From an uncultured Bacteroidales bacterium (GTDB lineage: Bacteria; Bacteroidota; Bacteroidia; Bacteroidales; JAGOPY01), in NCBI GenBank assembly GCA_964619555.1, contig CAZUDV010000011.1:38971-102970 (forward strand): DNA of 64,000 bases, read 5' to 3'. Position 1 is the first letter of the stretch. Every line of letters starts with the position of its first letter. Both the position numbers and the translations under genes were made by a program. The notes under the pieces were generated by a model. The model was given only the letters and a program-made list of their open reading frames with translations. It was not told the DNA's origin and made no database searches. Shown here piece after piece: positions 47,083-56,245 of this stretch.

Positions 47083-47844
47083 CTATTTGATATTCTTCAT
47101 ATTCTGTTGGGAGAAGAAATCTTCATCGACCGGCTTATTGAACACCACATCGATCATTTCCAGGATGGTCTGGTTGCCGGGTTTGTCAGCCGGAATCATG
47201 ACCATTTTGCTGGGCAATGACCGGTCGCCCATCTGTACTATATTCGATGAAGTCATGGAATTGACCAGGGCGCCATCCTCATCAAAGTACTCGCCTTTCA
47301 GTTCGTAGAAATCTTTTTTGGATATCCAGAGGTTGATCTTGCCCCATACCACGGCAGCATCTGGTTTTGGTATGAGTTCGATCTTAAAGCAGTCATATCC
47401 GTCTATAGCTTCTTCCCCTATGATTTCATGGGTGAAGTCTTCCACAATCGAATTCATCCTGACCAGGTCGTCATTGGTGAAGTCTGATCCCATCCATGAC
47501 TGGCTCATCATAGACGGGGGGATTTTGATCATCCTGTCGATGGATGGCATATAGTTCCACATTTCATTGTGCCTTTTCAGGAAAACCTGTCCCTTGTCCT
47601 TGGCTGGCGCTGTGATGCAGATCAGGTAAAACTCCGTGGTTTTCGACCATGATTTCATGGTGACCTCTCTTGACCAGCCTGGTCTGACAATGGTCATCTT
47701 CATGGTTCCCTGGCTGGATTCGCCGTTGGCCTTGCGATTGGCCAAGTCCACTATTTCCCTTGCGGTGAGTGCCTGGGCCATCGACAACTCTGAGGAGAGG
47801 AGTGCAATGGATACAAGCAGGATGATTTTAAGTTTCTGGAGCAT
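47083..47844 (-). CDS. Periplasmic LolA-like outer membrane lipoprotein-sorting protein
   Basis: 253 aa with a signal peptide. The blocks WNYMPSIDRMIKIPPSMMSQSWMGSDFTNDDL match my recollection of the LolA_like family found beside FtsX-type ABC permeases. Confidence 0.7.
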   Translation of the reverse strand: MLQKLKIILLVSIALLSSELSMAQALTAREIVDLANRKANGESSQGTMKMTIVRPGWSREVTMKSWSKTTEFYLICITAPAKDKGQVFLKRHNEMWNYMPSIDRMIKIPPSMMSQSWMGSDFTNDDLVRMNSIVEDFTHEIIGEEAIDGYDCFKIELIPKPDAAVVWGKINLWISKKDFYELKGEYFDEDGALVNSMTSSNIVQMGDRSLPSKMVMIPADKPGNQTILEMIDVVFNKPVDEDFFSQQNMKNIK

Positions 47845-47857
47845 TTTCTTTGTCGAT

Positions 47858-48430
47858 TTATTTGAACCGGTCTGTGATCATTTTTTTTATGGATTCCAGT
47901 GGAAACGACTCCGGATCCATAATATAATTGATGCAAATGCCATCGAAGACCACATCGAAGTATACAGCTTCCGATACCGGGTCCGGGACGCCTTTCTTCC
48001 GGAAATAATCTTCGAAAAGAAGCCTTTGCCTCAGTAAATGGATGGAGGACTTCTCACGGGCCATCCGGTAAACGGAAGGCTGCATCAAAATTGCAAAATA
48101 AAGTTTCCAGTATGGCAAATATTTGCTTAGAAGCTCGAAATTTTCATTGATATGGAACAAAAATTCATCAGATGTGAGAATTCCGTCACGATTGGCATCG
48201 AAACTTTCCATCAGCCTTGACCTTCCTTTTTCGATTATTGCCAGGACAAGTTCTTCCTTGCTTTCAAAATAGTTGTACATCAATCCCTTTGAGATGCCGG
48301 CCTTTTCAGCGATCAGACCGATCGAGGTAGGGTGGAAACCGTGGCTGGCGAATAGCTCCAGGGCTACTTCCAGGATCTGTTCCCGGCGCAGTTCCCGGAT
48401 CGCTTCAAACTGTTGTTCCGTGCGTGGCAT
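47858..48430 (-). CDS. TetR/AcrR family transcriptional regulator
   Basis: HTH region ILEVALELFASHGFHPTSIGLIAEKAGISKGLMYNYFESKEEL. I prefer the ATG at 48430 because a TAnnTTTG motif lies inside the TTG-extended ORF version (48484). Confidence 0.85.
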   Translation of the reverse strand: MPRTEQQFEAIRELRREQILEVALELFASHGFHPTSIGLIAEKAGISKGLMYNYFESKEELVLAIIEKGRSRLMESFDANRDGILTSDEFLFHINENFELLSKYLPYWKLYFAILMQPSVYRMAREKSSIHLLRQRLLFEDYFRKKGVPDPVSEAVYFDVVFDGICINYIMDPESFPLESIKKMITDRFK

Positions 48431-48453
48431 TTGGTAATGATTGAACGGTCGGT

Positions 48454-48461
48454 CAAAGATA
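48454..48461 (-). promoter_or_regulatory. Candidate TAnnTTTG promoter motif (TATCTTTG on the minus strand)
   Basis: The plus strand reads CAAAGATA. It lies 23 nt upstream of the tetR ATG at 48430. Confidence 0.3.
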
Positions 48462-48515
48462 AAATGAAATTTTCCGGAAGTCAAGTATTTTTCATGTGAA
48501 TTTACAAATGGGCCT

Positions 48516-48530
48516 ATTCATGCAATGAAT
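48516..48530. promoter_or_regulatory. 6-3-6 inverted repeat ATTCAT gca ATGAAT, candidate TetR operator
   Basis: Read directly, upstream of the tetR-led operon. A weaker related element TTCAtgTGAA is at 48491-48500. Confidence 0.4.
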
Positions 48531-48577
48531 TGCCGGTCAGGGATTGCCTGTATCCCGTTGTTCTTCTTCAGGACAAA

Positions 48578-49081
48578 CTAATCTTCCCTCCGCATAAGTT
48601 TTCCCATGGCATGCCGGAGGGAATCGGGGGTCTGGGTGCCGATGAGGAAATTTTTGTTTTTCCTGAGCTCGAGATATAACCCCATATTTCCCCTGACATT
48701 GAAAGCTTTGCCTTTCCTTCCGTAACGAATTCCCCAGCCGCCGTAATCCATGATGGGATTATACTTCTTTACTTCGTAACGGACGATGTCGGCGGGTAAA
48801 AAGGTCTTATATTGTCTTTGAAAAGGCATGAACCGGCACTTGACCCCGGTTTCGTCGATGATGGTTTCAAGCTTTAACAGTCGGAAAAGGAGCAGGATGA
48901 CCACTGGAATAATTCCGATCAGGATTACGCCCACATTGGTGGCTGGTTCATTTCCGAAGGGTTTGCCCATTATGATCTGCTGGACAAATTGCCAGACCCA
49001 GATTCCGCAACTAAAGGCGATGATCATCCAGATCCACCATTGATTGAAGTGCTGTGTCTCCTTAAAGTAAATTTTAGTCAT
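48578..49081 (-). CDS. Hypothetical membrane protein (two N-terminal TM helices plus a soluble C-terminal domain)
   Basis: 167 aa with helices WWIWMIIAFSCGIWVWQF and VGVILIGIIPVVILLLF. Its start lies 1 nt after the MscS gene stop. Confidence 0.6.
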   Translation of the reverse strand: MTKIYFKETQHFNQWWIWMIIAFSCGIWVWQFVQQIIMGKPFGNEPATNVGVILIGIIPVVILLLFRLLKLETIIDETGVKCRFMPFQRQYKTFLPADIVRYEVKKYNPIMDYGGWGIRYGRKGKAFNVRGNMGLYLELRKNKNFLIGTQTPDSLRHAMGKLMRRED

Positions 49082-49082
49082 G

Positions 49083-50384
49083 CTATGTTTGTTTGGTTAG
49101 TTCCTGGAAATCTGAGCCGGATGGATTCTGGAACAGCTTAAGGTCGAAAAAACCTATACCGGCCAGGACATGGTCAAAGATATCAGACACAATTCCTTCA
49201 TATGCCTCCCAGCTTTGTTCTTTGCTGAATGCATATATCTCCAGGGGGAGACCGGTTTCAGTTGGTTGTAATTGGCGTACCATCAACGACATATCCTGGT
49301 GCAGGTTGGGGTTGTTTTTCAGATAGCCCGTCAGGTAAGCCCTGAAAACGCCGATATTGGTCTGCCTTTTGCCATTGATCAGGACTTCGGGGTTCACACT
49401 CCTCGATTCGTTGTATGCCCGGATATCTTCTTCGGTTTGGCGCACATAATCGGCCACATGTTCATATTGTGAGAAACGGTCCAGCATTTCTTTGGTGCAG
49501 AACCGGATACTGTTCAGATCGATCAGGATGTGCCGGCGGATCCTCCTGGCCCCAGACTCCTGCATTCCTCTCCAGTTCTTATAGGAATCGCTGACCAGGT
49601 AATAGGTTGGGATGGTGGTGATGGTCTTGTCCCAGTTCTGGACTTTTACGGTGGTGATGGTAATATCGACCACCTCCCCGTCGGCGTTGTACTTGGGCAT
49701 CTCGATCCAGTCGCCGATACGGAGCATGTCATTGGTGGCCAGCTGGATACCACCCGCAAATCCCAGAATGGGATCTTTGAATACCAGGAGCAGTACGGCT
49801 GAAAATGCCCCCAGCCCGGCAATCCAGCCGAAACCCTTTCCTCTCAGGAAAAGGACTGTGATCAGGACTATAATGTAAAGGATGATCAGAACAATCCTGG
49901 CAACCTGGATAAATCCTTTGATTGGCCTGGTTTTCGAGATCTCGTAGCTGCTGTATATATCATGGGCGGCATTGAGCACCGAGTTGAGGACGATGACCAG
50001 CACCGTGACCAAGTAAATCCGGATCAGCAGCTGGACAATACCCAGGGTAACCGGGTAATCCGGTATCACGTAGGGGGCGGAAGAGTATATGATCAGTGCC
50101 GGAACGATGTAGGCCAGCCTTTTGAATACCTTTCGCTGCACGAATGCGTCGTCCCAGTTACTTGACGATTTGGAAGCGATCCGGTGTATCCAGCGGACGG
50201 CAATGAATTTCACAATATAGAACACGATCAGCGCAAATGCCAGCACCAGCAGGAAACCGGAATAATCGGCAATGATCTTGGAGGTGTGATCGGTTAGGCC
50301 GATCTGTGTGAGCCAGTCTTTGAGATAAATGGTGACCGATTCGAATATGTCTTTGTTCAGATCGATCTTTTCTTTGATAGGCAT
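49083..50384 (-). CDS. Mechanosensitive ion channel family protein (MscS-like)
   Basis: 433 aa. Multi-TM N-terminal part followed by the MscS beta-domain block IGDWIEMPKYNADGEVVDITITTVKVQNWDKTITTIP. Confidence 0.85.
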   Translation of the reverse strand: MPIKEKIDLNKDIFESVTIYLKDWLTQIGLTDHTSKIIADYSGFLLVLAFALIVFYIVKFIAVRWIHRIASKSSSNWDDAFVQRKVFKRLAYIVPALIIYSSAPYVIPDYPVTLGIVQLLIRIYLVTVLVIVLNSVLNAAHDIYSSYEISKTRPIKGFIQVARIVLIILYIIVLITVLFLRGKGFGWIAGLGAFSAVLLLVFKDPILGFAGGIQLATNDMLRIGDWIEMPKYNADGEVVDITITTVKVQNWDKTITTIPTYYLVSDSYKNWRGMQESGARRIRRHILIDLNSIRFCTKEMLDRFSQYEHVADYVRQTEEDIRAYNESRSVNPEVLINGKRQTNIGVFRAYLTGYLKNNPNLHQDMSLMVRQLQPTETGLPLEIYAFSKEQSWEAYEGIVSDIFDHVLAGIGFFDLKLFQNPSGSDFQELTKQT

Positions 50385-50388
50385 CAGA

Positions 50389-51096
50389 CTATTGTTTGAG
50401 AATTTTTTCTATGGCCTGGATATATCTGGAACGGATATGTTCCAGTTTTTCGGGGGTGTAATTATCAGCATAGATACGGATCAGATCGACCAGGCCGGAT
50501 TTACGGTAAATGGTCCCAAGCGCTGCGTCGAAATTGGGATCATCCATATTTTGTTTCAGTTCAATGGTGATTTTCTCAAACTGATTGAACCTCAACTGGC
50601 TGGGAATTGAAAAATAAAACATTTTGGGTATTTCCGCATCCAGGAAAATAGAGTCCGAAATGACTTCCACCAGGAAGTATTTCTTAACTTTGATAATGCC
50701 GGAATAGGGTTCAATCTTACGGTTGCTCATGAATTCGATGCCTTCATCTTCATAAGCTTTCAAAATTCCCGGTACATCTTCATAAAGACCAACATCTTTT
50801 AGCCTGAGACATGGGTTGAGCATATTGTAGAGCGTCACCATTCCAGGTGTGCCGTCAAAATCCAGTTGTTTTTCCGATTTTATCTTCTGGGTTACACGGA
50901 TGATTTTCTCCTCCGTATATTTCGAACGGGTTATGGCATACAGGGCATGGGGAGTGTCTTTGTCAGGCACGGTGGTTCCATGGTATCCCGGGAAAGGATC
51001 AAACGCTTCAAGTACCAATTGCTTGTAACCAACAGGACCTAACATCTCTTTTTTTTCGATCGACCCTAAAGTCTCCAGCAAAATTCTCTGACTCAT
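50389..51096 (-). CDS. Hypothetical cytoplasmic protein
   Basis: 235-aa ORF with coding-like composition, 4 nt upstream of the MscS gene. No family recognised. Confidence 0.6.
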   Translation of the reverse strand: MSQRILLETLGSIEKKEMLGPVGYKQLVLEAFDPFPGYHGTTVPDKDTPHALYAITRSKYTEEKIIRVTQKIKSEKQLDFDGTPGMVTLYNMLNPCLRLKDVGLYEDVPGILKAYEDEGIEFMSNRKIEPYSGIIKVKKYFLVEVISDSIFLDAEIPKMFYFSIPSQLRFNQFEKITIELKQNMDDPNFDAALGTIYRKSGLVDLIRIYADNYTPEKLEHIRSRYIQAIEKILKQ

Positions 51097-51176
51097 TTTA
51101 TGAAGTTTTAAATATTATCATTTGGGCAATAATAAAGCTTTTTTCATTGTGAAGAAAGTAACAATAAAGATTTGAT

Positions 51177-52073
51177 TCAAGCGATGATTTTTAGGAATGA
51201 AGGTTGAATGCGGATAAAGATCTCCCTCCCCATCTTGACTGCTTCTCCGTCGATATTGACCCTTTTTCCCCGTTTCCTGAGAATGAATATTTCCTTTGTC
51301 CGGAAGGTCTCAAAATAGGGAGACTGGTCTATCTTACCGGTGAACAGCTGGCTGATTACCCGGGGCAGTTCCCTCAGCGGGAATTTCCTGGTTACGACGA
51401 TCTCGAGCAAACCGTCGTCCGTCCGGGCATGAGGTGCAATGATGGTATTATAGCCGAACTGATTCGAGTTGGCAACTGACAGCAGCAGGGCCTTGCGGGT
51501 GATCTTCCGGTCATCGAAGGTCAGAATGAATTCCCTTTCCCGGTACCGGAAGAATTCCCGGATCACGATCATGGCATAGCTGAAAAATCCACGGATCTTT
51601 TGCTTGTTGTATCGGTTTGCAACCCTCGCATCAAAACCCAGGCCCGCGATGCTGATAAACGGATACCCGTTAATGCTGGCGATATCAATATTCCTGACAT
51701 TCATGGCATTAAGGATCCTGATGGCTTTTTCGGGTTCAAGCGGTATACCCAGGTGTCGCGCGAGGCCATTGCCGGAACCGATCGGAATAATCCCTAAAAT
51801 CAGCGGATTGGTTCCCATTCCCTGGACAATTTCGTTGATCGTTCCATCGCCCCCTACCGCCACCACCATATCGAATCTTTCCCGGACAGCAGCCGATGCC
51901 AGGCGCATGGCGTCTTTCGGACTGGCCGTCTCGCGGATCACATATTCGAATTTATCCAGGTCCAGGTTTTCCCGGATCAGGTTTTCCAGGCGCCCGATCT
52001 TCCTGGGACCGCTGAATGGATTGTATATAAAGCAAATCGACCGCTTTTTCATGTTTTGCAAAAGTAAGGACAT
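51177..52073 (-). CDS. Diacylglycerol kinase catalytic-domain lipid kinase (YegS/BmrU-like)
   Basis: FIYNPFSG, VVAVGGDGTINE and PIGSGNGLAR blocks. An alternative ATG at 52052 (MKKRSICF) is equally plausible. Confidence 0.85.
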   Translation of the reverse strand: MSLLLQNMKKRSICFIYNPFSGPRKIGRLENLIRENLDLDKFEYVIRETASPKDAMRLASAAVRERFDMVVAVGGDGTINEIVQGMGTNPLILGIIPIGSGNGLARHLGIPLEPEKAIRILNAMNVRNIDIASINGYPFISIAGLGFDARVANRYNKQKIRGFFSYAMIVIREFFRYREREFILTFDDRKITRKALLLSVANSNQFGYNTIIAPHARTDDGLLEIVVTRKFPLRELPRVISQLFTGKIDQSPYFETFRTKEIFILRKRGKRVNIDGEAVKMGREIFIRIQPSFLKIIA

Positions 52074-52144
52074 TAACTGTGAAACCCAAAAGGCAAAGTC
52101 CCGGAAAGGGATTTTATATGTAAATTCGTCCGGCTTCTTTCATC

Positions 52145-54070
52145 GTGCAAAATATCCGGGAAATACTGATCCGTTACTGGGGCTTTTCCAGTTTTCGTCC
52201 TTTGCAGGAGGATATTATCCATTCCGTTTTGAATGGGCAGGATACGCTTGCCCTTTTACCGACCGGCGGTGGTAAATCGATTTGTTTCCAGGTCCCGGCG
52301 CTGGCCATGGAAGGCATTTGCATCGTCGTAACCCCGCTGATCGCATTGATGAAAGACCAGGTTGAAAACCTGAAGCAGAAAGGGATTAAGGCTGTTGCCG
52401 TCTACTCCGGGATGCACCGCCATGAGATAGGGCTGGCGTACGATAATTGCATGTTCGGGGATGTGAAATTCCTCTATCTTTCACCGGAACGTCTTCAGAC
52501 CGAACAATTCCGGCTGGTACTCAGAAAAATGAAAGTTTGTCTGCTGGCGATAGATGAAGCCCATTGCATTTCTCAGTGGGGCTATGATTTCCGGCCCCCG
52601 TACCTGGAAATTGCCGGCATCCGTGAATTTCTTCCGGGTGTGCCTGTCCTGGCCCTTACAGCGACAGCAACTACAGGTGTCATAAAAGACATCCAGGCAA
52701 GACTTGGGTTTAAGAAAGAGAATGTATTCCGGAAGAGTTTCGAACGCAGGAACCTGGCTTACCTGGTATTGAGGGAAGAAGATAAGAACGGCCGGCTGCT
52801 CCGGATCCTGAAGAAAGTTCAGGGGCCTGGGATTATCTATGCCCGAAACCGGAAAAAGACCGTTGAGACGGCATTGTTTCTGAATAAGCATGCCATTAAG
52901 GCCGATTTTTACCATGCCGGGCTGGATATCAGGTCCCGGGACCGGAAACAGGAAGCCTGGATCCGGGAAGAAAGCCGGATCATGGTTGCTACCAATGCAT
53001 TTGGCATGGGAATTGACAAGCCTAACGTAAGGCTGGTCGTACATCTTGACCTTCCCGACAGCCTGGAAGCATATTTCCAGGAAGCCGGCAGGGGAGGTCG
53101 CGATGAAAAAAGGGCCTACGCAGTAATCCTGGTCCAACCTTCCGATATGATCCGCCTGAAGGAAAATATCGAGAAAGAATACCCGCCGCCGGAAAAGATA
53201 AAAGAGGTTTACCAGGCGCTTGGAAATTACCTTCAGTTGCCTGTCGGGAGCGGAAAAGATGAGCCATTCGATTTCGATCTCAATGCTTTCAGCCGGAACT
53301 ATGGATTCAATCCGGTCATTTCTTTCAATTCCCTCAGGCTGCTGGAAAGAGAAGGATATCTGACGCTGAATGAAGGCCTGGAGAATCCTTCCCGGATCCA
53401 TTTTGAAGCCGACAGGGAAGAAATTTACCGGTTCCAGGTCCAGAACAAATCAATGGATGCTTTTATCAAACTGATCCTGCGTTCCTATTCCGGGGTGTTC
53501 ACGGAGTTTGTGAATATCAGCGAAGCTGAACTGGCCCGGCGGGCCGGGTTAAAAGAGGAAGAAGTGGTGAAAAACCTTATCTATCTGCAGAAAGGAGGGA
53601 TACTAAGCTATGCCCGGGCCTCCGCCAAACCGCAGATCATATTCACTACCGAAAGGCTGGACCTGAAGCACCTGCAGCTGACCGCCGAGCATTATCACGA
53701 ACGAAAAAAGCAGGCGTTGATAAGGATTGAGGCAATGAAGGAGTATGTGGATACGGAGGAGTTCTGCCGCAGCCAGTTGTTGCTCCGGTACTTCGGGGAG
53801 GAACATTCAGCGCGTTGCGGGCATTGTGATGTTTGCCTTGAAAGAAATAAGATGCACCTGAATGAGCTGGAGTTTGAGACTATCGGGAATAACATCAGGG
53901 CACTGCTGGAAAGCGCTCCCAGGACCTTGCCGGAGATAGTATTTGAAGCCGGGCCATACGGGGAGGACCATATATTACAGGTCATCAGGTGGCTGCAGGA
54001 CAAAGGTGCCATTGCCGTGGATGAACAGCAGCGGTATTCATGGAGGAAGCAGTTTAAACTCAAGCTGTGA
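52145..54070 (+). CDS. recQ: ATP-dependent DNA helicase, RecQ family
   Basis: 641 aa with a GTG start. YWGFSSFRPLQEDII, PTGGGKS, DEAHCISQWGYDFRP, and zinc-binding Cys residues CRSQ...CGHCDVC. Confidence 0.9.
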   Translation: MQNIREILIRYWGFSSFRPLQEDIIHSVLNGQDTLALLPTGGGKSICFQVPALAMEGICIVVTPLIALMKDQVENLKQKGIKAVAVYSGMHRHEIGLAYDNCMFGDVKFLYLSPERLQTEQFRLVLRKMKVCLLAIDEAHCISQWGYDFRPPYLEIAGIREFLPGVPVLALTATATTGVIKDIQARLGFKKENVFRKSFERRNLAYLVLREEDKNGRLLRILKKVQGPGIIYARNRKKTVETALFLNKHAIKADFYHAGLDIRSRDRKQEAWIREESRIMVATNAFGMGIDKPNVRLVVHLDLPDSLEAYFQEAGRGGRDEKRAYAVILVQPSDMIRLKENIEKEYPPPEKIKEVYQALGNYLQLPVGSGKDEPFDFDLNAFSRNYGFNPVISFNSLRLLEREGYLTLNEGLENPSRIHFEADREEIYRFQVQNKSMDAFIKLILRSYSGVFTEFVNISEAELARRAGLKEEEVVKNLIYLQKGGILSYARASAKPQIIFTTERLDLKHLQLTAEHYHERKKQALIRIEAMKEYVDTEEFCRSQLLLRYFGEEHSARCGHCDVCLERNKMHLNELEFETIGNNIRALLESAPRTLPEIVFEAGPYGEDHILQVIRWLQDKGAIAVDEQQRYSWRKQFKLKL

Positions 54071-54093
54071 TTTGTCTATAATCCGGAGTTGAT

Positions 54094-54678
54094 ATGTTAA
54101 AGCTTGGTGAAGATTTTTATACGAGGCCGGATGTGGTCAGGATAGCCCGGGAATTGCTGGGGAAATACCTGATGACCCATTTGGAAGGTGGAATTACAGG
54201 TGGAATGATAGTGGAGACGGAAGCGTATGAAGGCGTGACGGACCGTGCCTCCCATGCCTGGAACAACCGGCGGACCGCCAGGACCGAAGTCATGTACGGC
54301 AGGGGAGGGCTGGCATATGTTTATTTATGTTATGGCATTCATTCATTATTCAATATCGTGACCAATACAGAAGGGGTGCCTCATGCCATCCTGGTCAGGG
54401 GAATATTTCCGACTGACGGGATCGAAATAATGAAGAAAAGGGTTGGCAGAGGGGAGCTTAAACCGGAGGCGGGCACAGGCCCGGGCAGGGTATCGAGCCT
54501 TTTGGGGATTCACTATTCCCACTCCGGTCTCAGTCTTTTGGAAAACAGGATATGGATCGAAGACAGGGGCTATCTGACCGGGGAAAAGGATGTAATGACC
54601 AGTGCCAGGGTAGGGATTGATTATGCGGGGCCGGATGCCTTGCTCCCATACCGGTTCAGATTGAATACTGCCAGATAA
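54094..54678 (+). CDS. DNA-3-methyladenine glycosylase (AAG/MPG family)
   Basis: 194 aa. VARELLGKYL, GMIVETEAYEG, DRASHA and YLCYGIH blocks. Confidence 0.85.
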   Translation: MLKLGEDFYTRPDVVRIARELLGKYLMTHLEGGITGGMIVETEAYEGVTDRASHAWNNRRTARTEVMYGRGGLAYVYLCYGIHSLFNIVTNTEGVPHAILVRGIFPTDGIEIMKKRVGRGELKPEAGTGPGRVSSLLGIHYSHSGLSLLENRIWIEDRGYLTGEKDVMTSARVGIDYAGPDALLPYRFRLNTAR

Positions 54679-54681
54679 ACA

Positions 54682-54713
54682 AAAGCCGGCCTTGCAATAG
54701 CAGGACCGGCTTT
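54682..54713. terminator. Bidirectional terminator hairpin between convergent genes (AAAGCCGGCC ... GACCGGCTTT)
   Basis: A 10-position stem with one mismatch, flanked by an A-run and a T-run. Read directly. Confidence 0.55.
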
Positions 54714-54735
54714 CAAGCGGCTATAAAAAGGTCGC

Positions 54736-55008
54736 TTATTTCACGGTGTTGGACAGATCCGCACCTGGTTTGAATTTCACCACCTTTTTGGCAGCGATTT
54801 TGATTTCTTTTCCGGATTGCGGATTCCTGCCTTTTCTGGCAGCTCTCTTGGCAACTGAAAATGATCCAAATCCAACCAGGGCAACCCTGTCATTCTTTTT
54901 AAGGGCTTTCATGGTGCTGCTAACAAATGCCTCAAGGGCTTTTTTGGCGTCGGCTTTTGTCATGCCGGTTTCTTTTGCCATTGCATCGATTAATTCTGCT
55001 TTGTTCAT
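54736..55008 (-). CDS. hup: HU family DNA-binding protein
   Basis: 90 aa. MNKAELIDAMA...GFGSF.V..RAAR.GRNPQ.G..I.I. Confidence 0.9.
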   Translation of the reverse strand: MNKAELIDAMAKETGMTKADAKKALEAFVSSTMKALKKNDRVALVGFGSFSVAKRAARKGRNPQSGKEIKIAAKKVVKFKPGADLSNTVK

Positions 55009-55184
55009 GGTTGTAAGTTTTTAAAATTAAACATTACATAAAACTCTGCAAAATTAAGGCATTCACAAAAAAAGTCAAGCAAAAAGCCCGAAAATAAAGG
55101 AAAATGTTAATAAAAGGGGGTATTTGTTAATAACTTAAGCCTGAAAAGCCTTAATTATCTAAGGTTACAGAAGATTTTTTGATT

Positions 55185-56159
55185 TTAGACCGCCTTCCAG
55201 TCAGAATTTATCCGAAAGCCCCGAAGGAATTCTTCGGCTGCCATACGTCGTTTTCCGGCAAGTTGAACCTCCTGGAGGATCAGGCTTCCATCACCGGTTA
55301 TAATGGTGATTGGCAGCATCTCGCCGGCGATGATACGGCCGGGCTGAAGCCCGGGGACCGGAAAGCCTTGTTGAGCCCTGTAGATTTTCAGGTTAAATGT
55401 TTCTCCCTCAGGGGACAATAACGTGGTGAATGCCGCCGGAACCGGGTTCAAACCCCGTATTTTGTCAAAGAGCCTGTGTGTTTTGTCCGCCCAGTCGAGT
55501 TTGCAGTCTTCTTTGAATATTTTAGGAGCTGTTTTCAGCGGCTGTGCAGGATCCACAAGAGCTTTTTGCTCGGTGAGGGTAAGCTGTCCTGACGAAATCG
55601 CGTCAACCGTCTTCAGGACCAGCCTGGCGCCTGCCACCTTCATCCGGTCATGCAGTTCTCCTGTCGTTTCTTCGGGGCCGACCGGGATCTTTTCCTGAAA
55701 GATGACCAGTCCCGTATCGATCTCATGGGTCAGGAAAAAAGTAGTCAGGCCGGTTTCCGTTTCACCGTTCATGATGGCATGGTGGATTGGAGCGGCGCCC
55801 CTGTATTGAGGCAATAATGAAGCGTGAAGGTTAAATGTTCCCAGTGGAGGCATATTCCAGACAACCTCCGGCAGCATTCGGAAAGCAACGACAATAAACA
55901 GGTCGGCCCTGAGATCTTTGAGCGCATCGATGAATTCACCGTTCTTCAACTTTTCCGGTTGTAATACGGGGATATGGTTTTTCAAAGCCGCAGTCTTGAC
56001 CGGTGAAGGTGTCATCTTAAGGCCCCTTCCGGACGGCTGATCGGGAGTGGTGACCACGGCCGCTACATCATAGCCTCCACTTATCAGCGCCTCGAGGGAA
56101 CTGAGAGCAAATTCAGGCGTACCGAGAAATACGATCCGTAGTTTTGAAGTCATATCCAT
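55185..56159 (-). CDS. fmt: Methionyl-tRNA formyltransferase
   Basis: 324 aa. RIVFLGTPEFA, NLHASLLPQYRGAAPI. Confidence 0.9.
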   Translation of the reverse strand: MDMTSKLRIVFLGTPEFALSSLEALISGGYDVAAVVTTPDQPSGRGLKMTPSPVKTAALKNHIPVLQPEKLKNGEFIDALKDLRADLFIVVAFRMLPEVVWNMPPLGTFNLHASLLPQYRGAAPIHHAIMNGETETGLTTFFLTHEIDTGLVIFQEKIPVGPEETTGELHDRMKVAGARLVLKTVDAISSGQLTLTEQKALVDPAQPLKTAPKIFKEDCKLDWADKTHRLFDKIRGLNPVPAAFTTLLSPEGETFNLKIYRAQQGFPVPGLQPGRIIAGEMLPITIITGDGSLILQEVQLAGKRRMAAEEFLRGFRINSDWKAV

Positions 56160-56186
56160 GACCGAAATTACGAAAAGGGATTCAAT

Positions 56187-56226
56187 AAAAAACCGCAGGA
56201 ATGATTTTACTAATCCTGCGGTTTTT
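56187..56226 (-). terminator. Rho-independent terminator after the TPR gene (A6 CCGCAGGA ... TCCTGCGG T5)
   Basis: 8-bp GC-rich stem with a flanking T-run on the transcribed strand. Read directly. Confidence 0.6.
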
Positions 56227-56245
56227 GGACCCTGGTATATGTCAA

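Noticed and set aside
48431-48484. TTG-extended N-termini in the ORF track (tetR 48484, galM 30747, kinase 27378, MurL-like 60220, small ORF 32655, slyD 14780)
   Set aside because: In each case an internal ATG gives an N-terminus that matches the family or a signal peptide, and promoter-like motifs or repeats fall inside the extension.
52481-53401. 306-aa minus-strand ORF antisense to recQ
   Set aside because: recQ helicase motifs are unambiguous on the plus strand. The antisense product has no features.
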